Assembly (NCBI GenBank): GCA_963675755.2
Contig: CAXXMD010000003.1
Coordinates: 1,568,001 to 1,632,000, forward strand
Length of the DNA stretch: 64,000 nt
Direction: 5' to 3'
DNA from: a bacterium
GTDB taxonomy: Bacteria; Zhuqueibacterota; Zhuqueibacteria; Residuimicrobiales; Krinioviventaceae
Shown here: positions 1 through 10,139 of the stretch, one piece after another
Numbering within the stretch: position 1 is the stretch's first letter
How the letters are laid out: each line of letters starts with the position of its first letter
Position numbers and translations under genes: made by a program
The notes under the pieces: generated by a model
What the model was told of the DNA's origin: nothing
The model's input: the letters and a program-made list of their open reading frames with translations, nothing else
Databases searched by the model: none

Positions 1-230
1 AATGATTTATCCAATACCAGTTGAACAGATATGTCCTTTGGATTTGCATGTCCTGTGAGTTGGGTCAAATGATACTTTAGCAGATGAACCGTATAAACCG
101 TTTCAGGAGAACTTTTATGCTTGTAATCCACAAGAACATTCGCCTGGGAATGTATTGTAAACAAAAACAGAAATACTGCAATAAACCTGTAAACCAGGTT
201 ATACCGTAATTTCAAGTCCGTAGGTATCAT
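1..230 (-). CDS. Secreted protein, 5' part only (runs off window start)
   Basis: Hand translation from ATG at 230 (GAGGA SD): MIPTDLKLRYNLVYRFIAVFLFLFTIHSQANVLVDY..., open to base 1; signal-peptide-like N-terminus; follows GH92 on the same strand; not in ORF track. Confidence 0.65.
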   Translation of the reverse strand, partial: MIPTDLKLRYNLVYRFIAVFLFLFTIHSQANVLVDYKHKSSPETVYTVHLLKYHLTQLTGHANPKDISVQLVLDKS

Positions 231-260
231 TTGATCCTCACTTTTTCAGATTGAGCAGAT

Positions 261-3200
261 TCAATGAAACAAAACCTCTGCAGGGATTTCTTTAATTTTG
301 CCATTATCTTTTTGCCAACTGACAACAAGATCTTTGGCTCGTCCCATCTGGAAATAATCTACTTTGATTTTGTGGAACCCTTTCTTTAATCCTTTTTGTC
401 CATACAGAACATAAGAAGCGTGCGCGCCATCATTGTCAACAATCAGTTCATCGTTCACATACAGCGTTGCGCCATCATTGGATACGAGATAAAATGTATA
501 TATACCGTTTTCAGGCACATTTATATATCCGGTCAGGTTGTAACCAAAAACTCTCGAGTCTTTGATTGCATCGACATTAAAAGTACGGAGAACACCTGTA
601 TCTTTAACCGGATATTTCAACAGGTCAGCCGTTTCTGCGCATAATCCTTCACGATAAAGATACTTGATCCCGGGTTTTAATCCGGAAACATTTTGTGGTT
701 CTTCAAGTCCTGTTTTTCTAACGGAAACAGTGGTTGTATAGCTTGGTACCTTACCCTTAACAAAGGTTTTGGCCTTGATAACAGCCGTTTCGTTTACTTT
801 GAACGGACCGGTATATTTTGTTGAAGATTGATCGGGTTCTGTTCCGTCAAGTGTATATTTGATTTCAGCCGTTTTATTTTCCGTTGACATTTTAATTAAA
901 CTGTAATCAAGAAAGACTTTTTTTGAAAAAGTAACTTGAGGCATGACCACTGCATCATATTTCAATGAATATGGACGGTTTTCTTTAGCTTTGCCCCATT
1001 CTAAATTTGGTTTGTTTCCCATTTCAAAAACAATTTCAGAACCCTTGATGATATCATCATATTTTATATAAGATTTTTGATAGGGGTTTCCATTCAAAGA
1101 AACGGATTGAATATATGGATTGTCGATTGAATTGTTATTTGCAACAACCGTAAACTTTTTGCCGTTTTCCAGGTTGATGGTTACCTTGTCAAACAACGGA
1201 CTGCCGATAACAAAATAATCCATACCCGGAGTGACAGAGTAAAAACCCATTGCGCTCAAAATATACCATGCGGACATTTGTCCTGCATCTTCATTACCGC
1301 TGATACCATCAGCCTTGTCAGAGTACAAGGTTGTTAAAATTTGGCGGACTAGTTTTTGTGTTTTATATGCGGAACCAACATAGTTGTACAGATAGGAGAC
1401 ATGATGACTGGGTTCATTACCATGGGCATACTGGCCGATAAATCCGGTAACATCTGCAATTGTCATTTTTGTAAAATCGGTTTCTGTGGAAAACGCAACA
1501 TCCAGCCATTTTTCAAAAGTTTTATCTCCACCCATCATCTCTATCAAGCCTTCAATATCCTGTATCGCAAAAGTTGAATATTGATACGCATTGGCCTCAG
1601 TGTAATGATGTGAACTTTGCATGGGATCGAAATTTTTATACCATTCATATTCGCTGCTTTTGGGGACCATGAAATTGTATTTTGGGTTAAACAGGTTTTT
1701 ATAAAATTGACCGCGTTGGTTATAAAGATCATAATCAGCTTTATTGAAATCTTTGGCTAATACCGATACACACCAATCATCAAAACTGTATTCAAGTGTG
1801 GAAGAAACCGATGCAATTTCGAATTCATAGGGTATAAAACCATACTGCAAATAGTGTTTTTTCCCTGGTATGTTTGCATCGGACAGTTGTTTCATTCCTT
1901 TGTAAGCTTTTTCCACATCGTAATCACGTAATCCCTTTGCATAGGCATCTGCGACGACAGGTAAAGAGTGATAACCGATCATTGAGTATCTTTCGTTCCC
2001 GGAAAATTCCATAATAGGCATATTGAGCGAGTGTTCATATCGTTCAATGAATGTTTTAATATATTGAGTTGTTTTTTCTGTATTGATTATTGTCTGTAAC
2101 GGATGTAATCCACGGAAAGTATCCCATAAAGAAAAATTGGTATAGTTGTCAAAGTTCTTATCCGCAGTGTAAATTTTATTATCTGTGCTGCGGTATTTCC
2201 GGTCAACATCCATATAGATATTGGGATGAATAGAAGCATGATAAAGCGCGGTATAGAATGTTTTCTGTTGTTCCCGGGTACCACCTTTAATATCGATTTT
2301 ATTTAACTCTTTGTTCCATGCTTTTCTTGCCAGTGTTTTGGTTTTTTCAAAATCCCAATACGGCAGTTCTGCTTTCATATTCTTAATTGCGCCATCAATG
2401 CTGACTGTGGAAATTGCAACTTTGAGTAGAACTGGTTCATCTTTATCAGTAGAAAATTTGAAAAAGCCTTTAATATTTTTACCTTTGGCTGTTGTAAGGT
2501 TGTTCTTTAAAGTATTGTCAACTTCCAGACCGAATGAATCAAAAGGTTTTGAAAACTCTGCGACAAAATAGATTACCTTTGGGCCGTCAAGACCACCTGA
2601 TGCTGCCCGGTATCCCAGCAATGTATTGTCTTTAATTTCAATAAAGAGACTATCCGGCGTATCTTTATTACCGTGAACCAGGTCTAAAATTACGTTGGAT
2701 TCCTTACTCTGTGGAAAGGTATATTTATGCAAGCCAACACGTTTGGTTGCAGTGAGTTCAACCTGGACATTATAGTCATCCAGCAGTACAGAATAATATC
2801 CGGGTGACGCATATTCGTTATCATGAGAAAACCTTGAGCGGTAGCCGGTTTTGGTATCCAAGGTATCTCCGGGAGTAAACAACAGTTCGCCTACAGTAGG
2901 CATGAACATGATGTCTGAACCACCTTCTCCACCTGTACCGCTGAAATGAGTATGTGTAAATCCCATAATGGTGCTGTCAGAATAATGATAGCCGGAGCAA
3001 TTGTCCCAAATTCCCACAGAATAATCATTACCAGTTTCTTTGTCCCAGGCGCCCACTTTGGTATCAGGCGAAAGCTGTACCATACCAAAAGGGAGTGTAG
3101 CTCCCGGAAATGTGTGGCCATTCCAGTTCGTCCCGATCATGGGATCTACCAAAGCGGCATAGTCATTTAATTCTTTCTCCTTACATGAAAATATTAAAGC

Positions 3201-3263
3201 AAAAAGTATTAATAAAAAAATATAATGTTTTTTCACATATTGTTTTTTGGGTTTATCTTTCAT
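261..3263 (-). CDS. GH92 alpha-mannosidase lipoprotein with Fn3-like and C-terminal PA14 domains
   Basis: GHTFPGATLPFGMVQLSPDT, FSLWDTFR, YAHGNEPSHH, GNEDAGQMSAW motifs; lipobox LIFSC; YTLDGTEP; PA14-type SNDGATLYVNDELIVDNDG. Confidence 0.93.
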   Translation of the reverse strand: MKDKPKKQYVKKHYIFLLILFALIFSCKEKELNDYAALVDPMIGTNWNGHTFPGATLPFGMVQLSPDTKVGAWDKETGNDYSVGIWDNCSGYHYSDSTIMGFTHTHFSGTGGEGGSDIMFMPTVGELLFTPGDTLDTKTGYRSRFSHDNEYASPGYYSVLLDDYNVQVELTATKRVGLHKYTFPQSKESNVILDLVHGNKDTPDSLFIEIKDNTLLGYRAASGGLDGPKVIYFVAEFSKPFDSFGLEVDNTLKNNLTTAKGKNIKGFFKFSTDKDEPVLLKVAISTVSIDGAIKNMKAELPYWDFEKTKTLARKAWNKELNKIDIKGGTREQQKTFYTALYHASIHPNIYMDVDRKYRSTDNKIYTADKNFDNYTNFSLWDTFRGLHPLQTIINTEKTTQYIKTFIERYEHSLNMPIMEFSGNERYSMIGYHSLPVVADAYAKGLRDYDVEKAYKGMKQLSDANIPGKKHYLQYGFIPYEFEIASVSSTLEYSFDDWCVSVLAKDFNKADYDLYNQRGQFYKNLFNPKYNFMVPKSSEYEWYKNFDPMQSSHHYTEANAYQYSTFAIQDIEGLIEMMGGDKTFEKWLDVAFSTETDFTKMTIADVTGFIGQYAHGNEPSHHVSYLYNYVGSAYKTQKLVRQILTTLYSDKADGISGNEDAGQMSAWYILSAMGFYSVTPGMDYFVIGSPLFDKVTINLENGKKFTVVANNNSIDNPYIQSVSLNGNPYQKSYIKYDDIIKGSEIVFEMGNKPNLEWGKAKENRPYSLKYDAVVMPQVTFSKKVFLDYSLIKMSTENKTAEIKYTLDGTEPDQSSTKYTGPFKVNETAVIKAKTFVKGKVPSYTTTVSVRKTGLEEPQNVSGLKPGIKYLYREGLCAETADLLKYPVKDTGVLRTFNVDAIKDSRVFGYNLTGYINVPENGIYTFYLVSNDGATLYVNDELIVDNDGAHASYVLYGQKGLKKGFHKIKVDYFQMGRAKDLVVSWQKDNGKIKEIPAEVLFH

Positions 3264-3380
3264 TGCCTGCTATTCCTTTTACAAAAGAGAAAATTTTTAA
3301 ATATGGTCACCATTTTGGGAGGGATAATGTACAAACGAGACTAGGCTTGTAGTGCATTACAAAATTTTAGATTACACAAT

Positions 3381-3419
3381 TGATCACAACGGAGATATTT
3401 AGAGTCTCCGTTGTGATCA
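3381..3419. terminator. Perfect 15-bp hairpin downstream of GH3 (terminator or mRNA-stabilising stem)
   Basis: TGATCACAACGGAGA-9 nt-TCTCCGTTGTGATCA; no clear U-tract. Confidence 0.55.
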
Positions 3420-3436
3420 GAATTTATTTGTTAATA

Positions 3437-5800
3437 TTATTTGTTAGATGGTGTAATTTCGTGCAAGATAAAGTTTGGATAAAGCACATCGTGGACCTTT
3501 TCAACCATAATTTGATTTGCTAAAGTGAATGTATCTTCAAGACGAATGTCTTTGGAAGAAGCACCAATCTGCACTTTATATTCACCCTTGTCTGCAATCC
3601 AGGCATCAATTCCGCTCCAGAAGGAGGCAAGTGCGCGCTCATCCAGTTCAAAGGACAGGGTCTGGCTTTGACCCGGTTTCAGTAATTTAGTTTTAGCAAA
3701 GCCTTTAAGCTCGTGAACCGGTTTGTATAGTTCTTTTGTGGGAGCAGAAAGATAGAGTTGTGCTACTTCTTTTCCTGCTACTTTGCCGGTGTTTTTAACT
3801 GTTACTGAAACCTGTAATTTATTTGTAAATTTATTGCTGCTTAATTTCAGATCTGAAAATTCAAAGGTGGTGTATGATAATCCAAAACCAAACTCGTAAG
3901 CAGTGGGTACATCGAATGTATCATAGTAACGATAACCGACAAAGATACCGTCATTGTACAGAGAAACGATAGGATCATCTGCAGGTTCACCCGGAAAAGT
4001 ATCGGATGAAGGTACATCCTCATATTTCAGCGGAAAAGAATCCGGAAGTTTACCGGAAGGATTGACGTTACCGATCAGGATATCTGCAACAGCGTGACCA
4101 CCTTCCTGTCCCGGCTGCCATGCCAACAGGATTGCATCTACATAGTCTCTCCAGCTTGCGGTTTCCCATACGCCGCCAACATTGAGTACAACAATCACTT
4201 TTTTGCCCGCAGCGTGGAAAATATCGCTCACGTTTTTAACCAGTTCCATTTCAATCTCGGTGATGGGCAGATAACCGTTTTCATAGTTTTCACCGGCACT
4301 TCTTCCCAGTGTTATAACAGCCAGGTCAGATTTAGATTCGTATTTTTCAATATCTGCTCTGGGTACACGTTGTTCAACGCTGAATGCTACCAGTCTTTCT
4401 TTGAAATGCAAGGGAGACTGATTGCCGGTTATACCATTGTTCTTGCGCATTGTAGGATTGTCAAAATAGGGAGGAACCAGATTTTCGCGTTTGATTTTTT
4501 CTATGTAATTGACATAGTTTTCTTCCATCTCTTTTAATACTTTGAATCCTGCGTCTTGTAAACCTTCGTTTATCGAAACAGTGTGTTTATAACTACGAAC
4601 GCTGCCGCTGCCGGTGCCAAAGGGAATCAGGTGATAACCAATCTTGCCAAACAAAGCTACTTTTTGTTTCTTTTTAAGAGGCAGGGTTTTGTTGTCATTT
4701 TTCAACAATACCATACCTTCACTGGCGGCTTCACGTGCTACCTGTGCATGTGCTTCCAGGTCTGGTTTAAAAGAGGGTTTGTTGCCGTTCATGCTTGGAG
4801 AAGAAAGCTTTAATTTCATGTTATAGTATAAATTTTTATCAAGCATACTTTCATCCAGCTCTTTGTTTTTTAGAGCATTGGTGAGTTCGTTTAGCTCGCG
4901 TTCACTACCGCTCATAAGCAGGTTGTTTCCCGCTCTTACTTTAGCAACGGCATCGCCAAAATGACCGTCAAAGTCAGTCATGAACAGACCTTCAAAACCC
5001 CATTCTTCACGTACTATGTCATGCAGCATTCCTGGGATCTCTGCGGTGTAAAAGCCGTTGAGTTTGTTATATGCAGTCATCATTGCTTTGGGTCTACCTT
5101 CTTTTACCGCAATTTCAAAACCGCGTAAATAGATTTCACGTAAAGCGCGTTGACTGACAACCGCATTGTATTTTCTACGATTCGATTCCTGGTTGTTGGC
5201 AATAAAATGTTTGAGGGTAGCACCTACACCATTGTCTTGCAAGCCCAGTACCATAGATGCAGCCATTTTACCTGAAAGAAGAGGATCTTCAGAATAGTAT
5301 TCGAAATTACGTCCGCAATTGGGATTGCGATGAAGGTTTAATGCGGGCATTAATACCAGATCGTAATCGTATTCAATCAATTCGTTACCAAAGGCCATAC
5401 CTGCTTTTTTTACCAGGTCAACGTTCCAGGTAGCTGCCATACAGGTTGGTGTGGGAAAGGAAGTGGTATACAGGTATCCCGGTTCGCCTTTGTTTTCGTT
5501 GCCTTTGTTGATACCACAAGGGCCATCGGTTAATGCGGTGTTTTTTATTCCCAAACGGGGAATGAGCATTTTTGATTTTCGATTTGCAATGTACTGCTCT
5601 GTTGTATTTTCTTCAAGCTTTTCAGCATTTGGCAGGAACCGTCCATCGCCAACGGTCAGGGCAACTTTTTCTTCCAAAGTTAATTTTGAAACGAGATCTT
5701 TTGCCTTTTGCTCAACGGATTTTCCCGCATCCTGTGCAAAAAGAAAAGAGCCCATTAGACATACTGCTATAATGAAACGGATTGAAAATTTAATTTTCAT
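3437..5800 (-). CDS. GH3 beta-glucosidase, secreted
   Basis: GRNFEYYSEDP, LKHFIANNQE, nucleophile region MTDF, C-terminal Fn3-like GKEVAQLY; signal peptide. Confidence 0.93.
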   Translation of the reverse strand: MKIKFSIRFIIAVCLMGSFLFAQDAGKSVEQKAKDLVSKLTLEEKVALTVGDGRFLPNAEKLEENTTEQYIANRKSKMLIPRLGIKNTALTDGPCGINKGNENKGEPGYLYTTSFPTPTCMAATWNVDLVKKAGMAFGNELIEYDYDLVLMPALNLHRNPNCGRNFEYYSEDPLLSGKMAASMVLGLQDNGVGATLKHFIANNQESNRRKYNAVVSQRALREIYLRGFEIAVKEGRPKAMMTAYNKLNGFYTAEIPGMLHDIVREEWGFEGLFMTDFDGHFGDAVAKVRAGNNLLMSGSERELNELTNALKNKELDESMLDKNLYYNMKLKLSSPSMNGNKPSFKPDLEAHAQVAREAASEGMVLLKNDNKTLPLKKKQKVALFGKIGYHLIPFGTGSGSVRSYKHTVSINEGLQDAGFKVLKEMEENYVNYIEKIKRENLVPPYFDNPTMRKNNGITGNQSPLHFKERLVAFSVEQRVPRADIEKYESKSDLAVITLGRSAGENYENGYLPITEIEMELVKNVSDIFHAAGKKVIVVLNVGGVWETASWRDYVDAILLAWQPGQEGGHAVADILIGNVNPSGKLPDSFPLKYEDVPSSDTFPGEPADDPIVSLYNDGIFVGYRYYDTFDVPTAYEFGFGLSYTTFEFSDLKLSSNKFTNKLQVSVTVKNTGKVAGKEVAQLYLSAPTKELYKPVHELKGFAKTKLLKPGQSQTLSFELDERALASFWSGIDAWIADKGEYKVQIGASSKDIRLEDTFTLANQIMVEKVHDVLYPNFILHEITPSNK

Positions 5801-6019
5801 TGCAACTCCTTAAAGGGTTCGGGTGATGATTTATGTAAAAGCATTTATTATTTATTAAAATATGAATCACAAAAATCTATTGTTAGCGATATAATTTATA
5901 TTGAAATGAACCGATTTTGTAAAACAGGGAAAGTAGGGGATGAAATGGAAATACATCCCTAAGGAAATTAATAATTTAGAAGAAATTTACAAACAATTTT
6001 ATGGAATTCGTCAATTTTC

Positions 6020-7399
6020 TTACAATTTTTTACCAGTTTGGCGGTCGAATTTGTCCGGGGTTGGATTGTCTGGTATCTTGTCATCTGTTTGTTTGATCCA
6101 ATTATCAAGAGCAGACCGCATTTCAACCAGAGTGCTTGCATATTTTTGATTACCAGCCAGGTTTTTAAAAGAATCAGGATCTTGTATTATATCATATAAT
6201 TCTTCTTTTGGACGGGGAGCTATAAAACAATCCTGCTGTTCGGGCGGCAATTTACCCTGGGATTGTAATTCGATCATTTTGCGATATGTAATGCTTCGGA
6301 CTGCATCTGCCGGAGGATTGCCATTGAATTGCGGAAAGCTGTTGCGTATATAGAGATATTTTTTATTCCTTACCGAACGTTCATGTGCCTGATAGTCGTG
6401 CCAATTATGCTCGGCAAAAACATAATCCCGTATAGATGCGGAATCCTTTTTTAGCATGGGCACAAAAGATTTACCCTGAAACGTTGGTGTTTGTTTCAAT
6501 CCGGCAAGGTCAAGAATGGTAGGAGCAATGTCAACAGAACTGACCAGATTATCATGAACTGAACCGGCTTTAACCAGAGCAGGATAGCGGATGATAAATG
6601 GAGTTTGAATACCGCTGTCATATAAGCGGGTTTTGCAACGAGGAAAAGGTCTGCCGTTATCACCCAGGAATAACATAAAGGTGTTATCCAGTTCTCCCTG
6701 ATCTTCCAGTAATTTGAACACTTTGCCCATATAGCTGTCCAGTCGTGAAATCTCGTCGTAATAAAGCGCAAGGTCTTTACGGGTCTCGGCATTGTCTGGC
6801 AGAAAAGGCGGGACGATTACATCCTCAGGCTTGTGAGGATTGGGGATGCATTTTTCTTCATAGCCACGGTGTGCGTCAAAAGAAGCAAACCACATAAAGA
6901 ACGGTTTGTCTTTGGGACGTTCCTGTACTACCTGCTCCCAGTATTCACAACCACTGGGACGTCCTTCTTCAATACGGTCAAAATTAACTTTGGCCGCTTC
7001 ACCCATATGCCATTTCCCGGAACTGGCTGTATAATACCCGGCGTTTTTTAGCAATCCCGCAAAAACAACCTGGTCCGCTGGCAGCGGCATGTGCAGTTCA
7101 CCGGCACCGGTAGAATGCGGATACCTGCCGGTCATAATGCTGCATCGGCTGGGACTGCAAGAGCTGATGGTGAGAAACGCATTGGTGAATTTTACACCTT
7201 CTTTTGCCATTCGGTCAATGTTGGGTGTTTTTATGTGAGGATGTCCATAGGCACCAATATCGTTCCAGCTTACATCGTCCGAGATAAAGATAATAAAGTT
7301 GGGTTGTTTTTTTGGTGCTGCGCAAGCCATGGGCATGGCGGCCGCTCCCAAAAGGGAGAGGCCCATGCGTTTCATAAAAGAACGTCGGGTTGTTTGCAT
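6020..7399 (-). CDS. Formylglycine-dependent sulfatase, Tat lipoprotein
   Basis: TRRSFMK twin-Arg, lipobox-like MAC, PNFIIFISDD, CSPSR signature, GKWH. Confidence 0.92.
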   Translation of the reverse strand: MQTTRRSFMKRMGLSLLGAAAMPMACAAPKKQPNFIIFISDDVSWNDIGAYGHPHIKTPNIDRMAKEGVKFTNAFLTISSCSPSRCSIMTGRYPHSTGAGELHMPLPADQVVFAGLLKNAGYYTASSGKWHMGEAAKVNFDRIEEGRPSGCEYWEQVVQERPKDKPFFMWFASFDAHRGYEEKCIPNPHKPEDVIVPPFLPDNAETRKDLALYYDEISRLDSYMGKVFKLLEDQGELDNTFMLFLGDNGRPFPRCKTRLYDSGIQTPFIIRYPALVKAGSVHDNLVSSVDIAPTILDLAGLKQTPTFQGKSFVPMLKKDSASIRDYVFAEHNWHDYQAHERSVRNKKYLYIRNSFPQFNGNPPADAVRSITYRKMIELQSQGKLPPEQQDCFIAPRPKEELYDIIQDPDSFKNLAGNQKYASTLVEMRSALDNWIKQTDDKIPDNPTPDKFDRQTGKKL

Positions 7400-7415
7400 T
7401 CCAGCTCCGATTGAT

Positions 7416-8918
7416 TTATACTGATTTTACGTTCAGCATTTCTGTTGATGCTGTTTTTCCTGCGGAATCAATAGTTTTGATCTGATACTCTATTGCAGTT
7501 GTTGTATTCAAGGTGTCATTATATTGAAACGGTGACAGTGTTGTTTGCGGTTTGTGCGCAACCTCTGCAATTTTTTGATTGTCGCGCCAGATCTCATAAG
7601 TTTTGATCGGATCGTTACCTGCATACGCGGTGTTCCAGCTAAGAGAAATGGTCCGTTTGCCATCAACGACTTTTTGCTCAACATTGGGATCGTTCACTGC
7701 GCTGAGACCACCTTCCTCAATCTGAAAATAGTTGGTCTTGCCGTCTTTGATGGGACGGGTCAGGTTTTCGATCTGTTCACGTTCGGTCGCACTCAATCCA
7801 TTTACGGCAATCTGGGCTGCGGACAGGTTTTGTTCAAGCTGGCATTTTTTCGTATCGATATTGTCGATCTGACCAATACCGATGATACCAGTATGAACTC
7901 CCGGAGTGGAGAGACTGTATTCGACTAACGGACGACTGGCCAGATCTGGAGTGCCCACACTGCGAATGACATGTTCCGGTTTATTGGAAAAATGCGCACC
8001 CTTGCTGTACATGGCACCATCCGCAAAGACTTTCATGGCGATCACGCCCATGTTTTTTGCCTCTGCAACGGGTATTACATTGTGCTGCATGTTCATGTAC
8101 AACCGGTCATTGCTGTTGATGGCAACCAGCATGCCGTCTAATATATTGTCTTTGTCACGGCGGATAAATTCCATCATAACCGGTGCGGAATAATGGCCGG
8201 AGAAACCGATATGGCGAATCAGCTTTTCCTCTTTGGGATTCAGGCCAGTCAGGTTGGTTCCGTCCCGCACATCGCGTAGTGCCGCAAGTGCACCGATATG
8301 TTCTTCTGAAGGGGAGGTGTTATCAAGTCCCATAAAGAGCACATCCAGTTCTTCACTGCGTCGAATAGTATGAATGAGCACCATATCCAGATAGGCGCCT
8401 TTTGGGTAATTGCCGTTACCATCACCAAAGATCTGGCTGAGGGTGCGTTTTACATCGTCGATGGCCAAAGATCCTTCAGGTCCGTTGGTACCGTTTCTAA
8501 CACCTTTGTAGTCATAACCGCCCTTGCCCCAACGGATTCGGGTTTTGCTGGTCAAAAAGATGGACCGGCGCAGGGCTTCATTGTATCCCGATTTTCCGGG
8601 AATGAGATCCAGTTCCCGAAAGGCTTTTCCATAATTGAGTTGACTGGGACCGTAAAGGTTGGATGTATCGTAATAGTTTATCTTTTTCTCAAATGCTTTA
8701 TGAATAATCGCAGTGGGATCAACACCCTCCGGGGTCCACTGAATGGACGCTTGTCCACCAAGTCCAAGTGTAGTGACCTCAAAATCAAGTTTGCCAAAGG
8801 GGCGAGTCATGGGTTTGCTTACACCGGTTTTACCGCAATTGAACAAGGGAGCGGAAAAAGCAGCAGCAGTTGTGGTTTTGATAAAATTACGGCGGGTAAA
8901 TTTATATAGATTTGACAT
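7416..8918 (-). CDS. Tat-exported aldo/keto reductase with C-terminal Fn3-like domain
   Basis: TRRNFIK; RPFGKL..LGLGG, YYDTSNLYG, IRHIGFSGH, GVIAMKVF AKR motifs; C-terminal LSWNTA..YEIWRDN. Start moved to MSNL after GGAGG SD. Confidence 0.82.
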   Translation of the reverse strand: MSNLYKFTRRNFIKTTTAAAFSAPLFNCGKTGVSKPMTRPFGKLDFEVTTLGLGGQASIQWTPEGVDPTAIIHKAFEKKINYYDTSNLYGPSQLNYGKAFRELDLIPGKSGYNEALRRSIFLTSKTRIRWGKGGYDYKGVRNGTNGPEGSLAIDDVKRTLSQIFGDGNGNYPKGAYLDMVLIHTIRRSEELDVLFMGLDNTSPSEEHIGALAALRDVRDGTNLTGLNPKEEKLIRHIGFSGHYSAPVMMEFIRRDKDNILDGMLVAINSNDRLYMNMQHNVIPVAEAKNMGVIAMKVFADGAMYSKGAHFSNKPEHVIRSVGTPDLASRPLVEYSLSTPGVHTGIIGIGQIDNIDTKKCQLEQNLSAAQIAVNGLSATEREQIENLTRPIKDGKTNYFQIEEGGLSAVNDPNVEQKVVDGKRTISLSWNTAYAGNDPIKTYEIWRDNQKIAEVAHKPQTTLSPFQYNDTLNTTTAIEYQIKTIDSAGKTASTEMLNVKSV

Positions 8919-9012
8919 ACGAATAACCTCCATGATTAAACAAACATCATTACAGTGTAAAAGATTTTGAACTGATATGCAATATTTTTTTTAAATCTGG
9001 TGTCTATTGCGG

Positions 9013-9429
9013 TTAAAAGCGTATGCGTCCCCGGTTTTGTTTGATTGAGCTTTTGTGTTTTTTAGCATCCAATCGTCGTTGTTTTGCTGCTTTTGAAATG
9101 CGGGTTCTGCGTCTTTTCGGGCGGGTTTTGAGCGCTTCTCGCAAGAGATCGATAAATTTCTCGATCGCGTCTTCCTTGTTGGCATACTGACTTCGCGAGT
9201 CCTGCGAGGTGATTTGTAAAATCCCCTCTTTGGTAATACGGTTGCCAAGCTTTTCCTGGATACGCGCTTTTTGTTCATCCGACAAGTACTGTGAATTCAT
9301 TACATCAAATTCCAGCAATACCTTGGTGTTGACCTTGTTCACATGCTGTCCACCGGGACCGCCGCTGCGTGAAGTAGAAAAGGAAAGCTCTGATTCGTCT
9401 ATGAATGTTGTGGGATTTAATTCGATCAT
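9013..9429 (-). CDS. arfB: Alternative ribosome rescue factor B (peptidyl-tRNA hydrolase YaeJ)
   Basis: SRSGGPGGQHVNK, RSQYANK, basic C-terminal tail. Confidence 0.95.
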   Translation of the reverse strand: MIELNPTTFIDESELSFSTSRSGGPGGQHVNKVNTKVLLEFDVMNSQYLSDEQKARIQEKLGNRITKEGILQITSQDSRSQYANKEDAIEKFIDLLREALKTRPKRRRTRISKAAKQRRLDAKKHKSSIKQNRGRIRF

Positions 9430-9601
9430 ATTTTGCTAAAATTTAGTGAACCCCATATTACAAATAATTATGAAAACCTGCAAGAGGGGATTTCTGTTTT
9501 TGATTTAAAAGGGATTGCAATAAATTAGAAATTTAAATATAATATGACAGGGAATTAACTACATAAATCAAATATCAAGAATGACACATAAATGTAAAAG
9601 A

Positions 9602-10054
9602 TGCCCACGAATAACACGAATATGCACGAATTAAAAGGGGGAGTTATGAACGATTTGATTTATGACAAGGAAAGTTATAAAATATTGGGTGCCTGTTTTC
9701 AGGTTTATAATCAAATGGGATCTGGATTTCTGGAAGCAGTATATCAAGAGTGTCTGGAAATTGAATTTCAATATCAACAAATTCCTTTTTGTTCACAAAA
9801 AGAAATACAGTTAAAATATCGAAACATTATATTGAATAAAACATTTAAACCAGATTTTATTTGTTATGGTAAAATAATAGTAGTAATCAAGTCTGTATCT
9901 CAATTATTAAAAGAACATCAATCACAGGTATTGAATTATCTGAATGCAACAGGTTATAAATTAGGATTGCTTGTAAATTTTGGACAATATCCTAAAGTAG
10001 AGTATAAACGGTTAATACTTTAAAATCTGTGATAATCTGTGTTATCCGTGGGCA
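9602..10054. mobile_element. Putative mini-element: GxxExxY gene bracketed by imperfect 31-bp inverted repeats
   Basis: Left arm 9602-9632 TGCCCACGAATAACACGAATATGCACGAATT vs reverse complement of 10024-10054 TGCCCACGGATAACACAGATTATCACAGATT, 23/31 identical, ~9-nt internal period; AT-rich cargo. Confidence 0.5.
9646..10023 (+). CDS. GxxExxY protein (PD-(D/E)xK nuclease superfamily)
   Basis: GFLEAVY motif, PDFIC, QVLNYL..GLLVNFG; start at 9646 after GGGGGAG. Confidence 0.9.
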   Translation: MNDLIYDKESYKILGACFQVYNQMGSGFLEAVYQECLEIEFQYQQIPFCSQKEIQLKYRNIILNKTFKPDFICYGKIIVVIKSVSQLLKEHQSQVLNYLNATGYKLGLLVNFGQYPKVEYKRLIL

Positions 10055-10078
10055 GAATGCTTTTTTATTATGTATAAT

Positions 10079-10113
10079 AAAAAAAACGTGACAGAGAAAA
10101 CCTCTGTCACGTT
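10079..10113 (-). terminator. Rho-independent terminator of the GH3/PA14 gene
   Basis: AACGTGACAGAG-5 nt-CTCTGTCACGTT, with a + strand A-run giving a U-tract on the - strand. Confidence 0.75.
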
Positions 10114-10139
10114 AAAATTCGAGTATATTTTTCTAGTAT

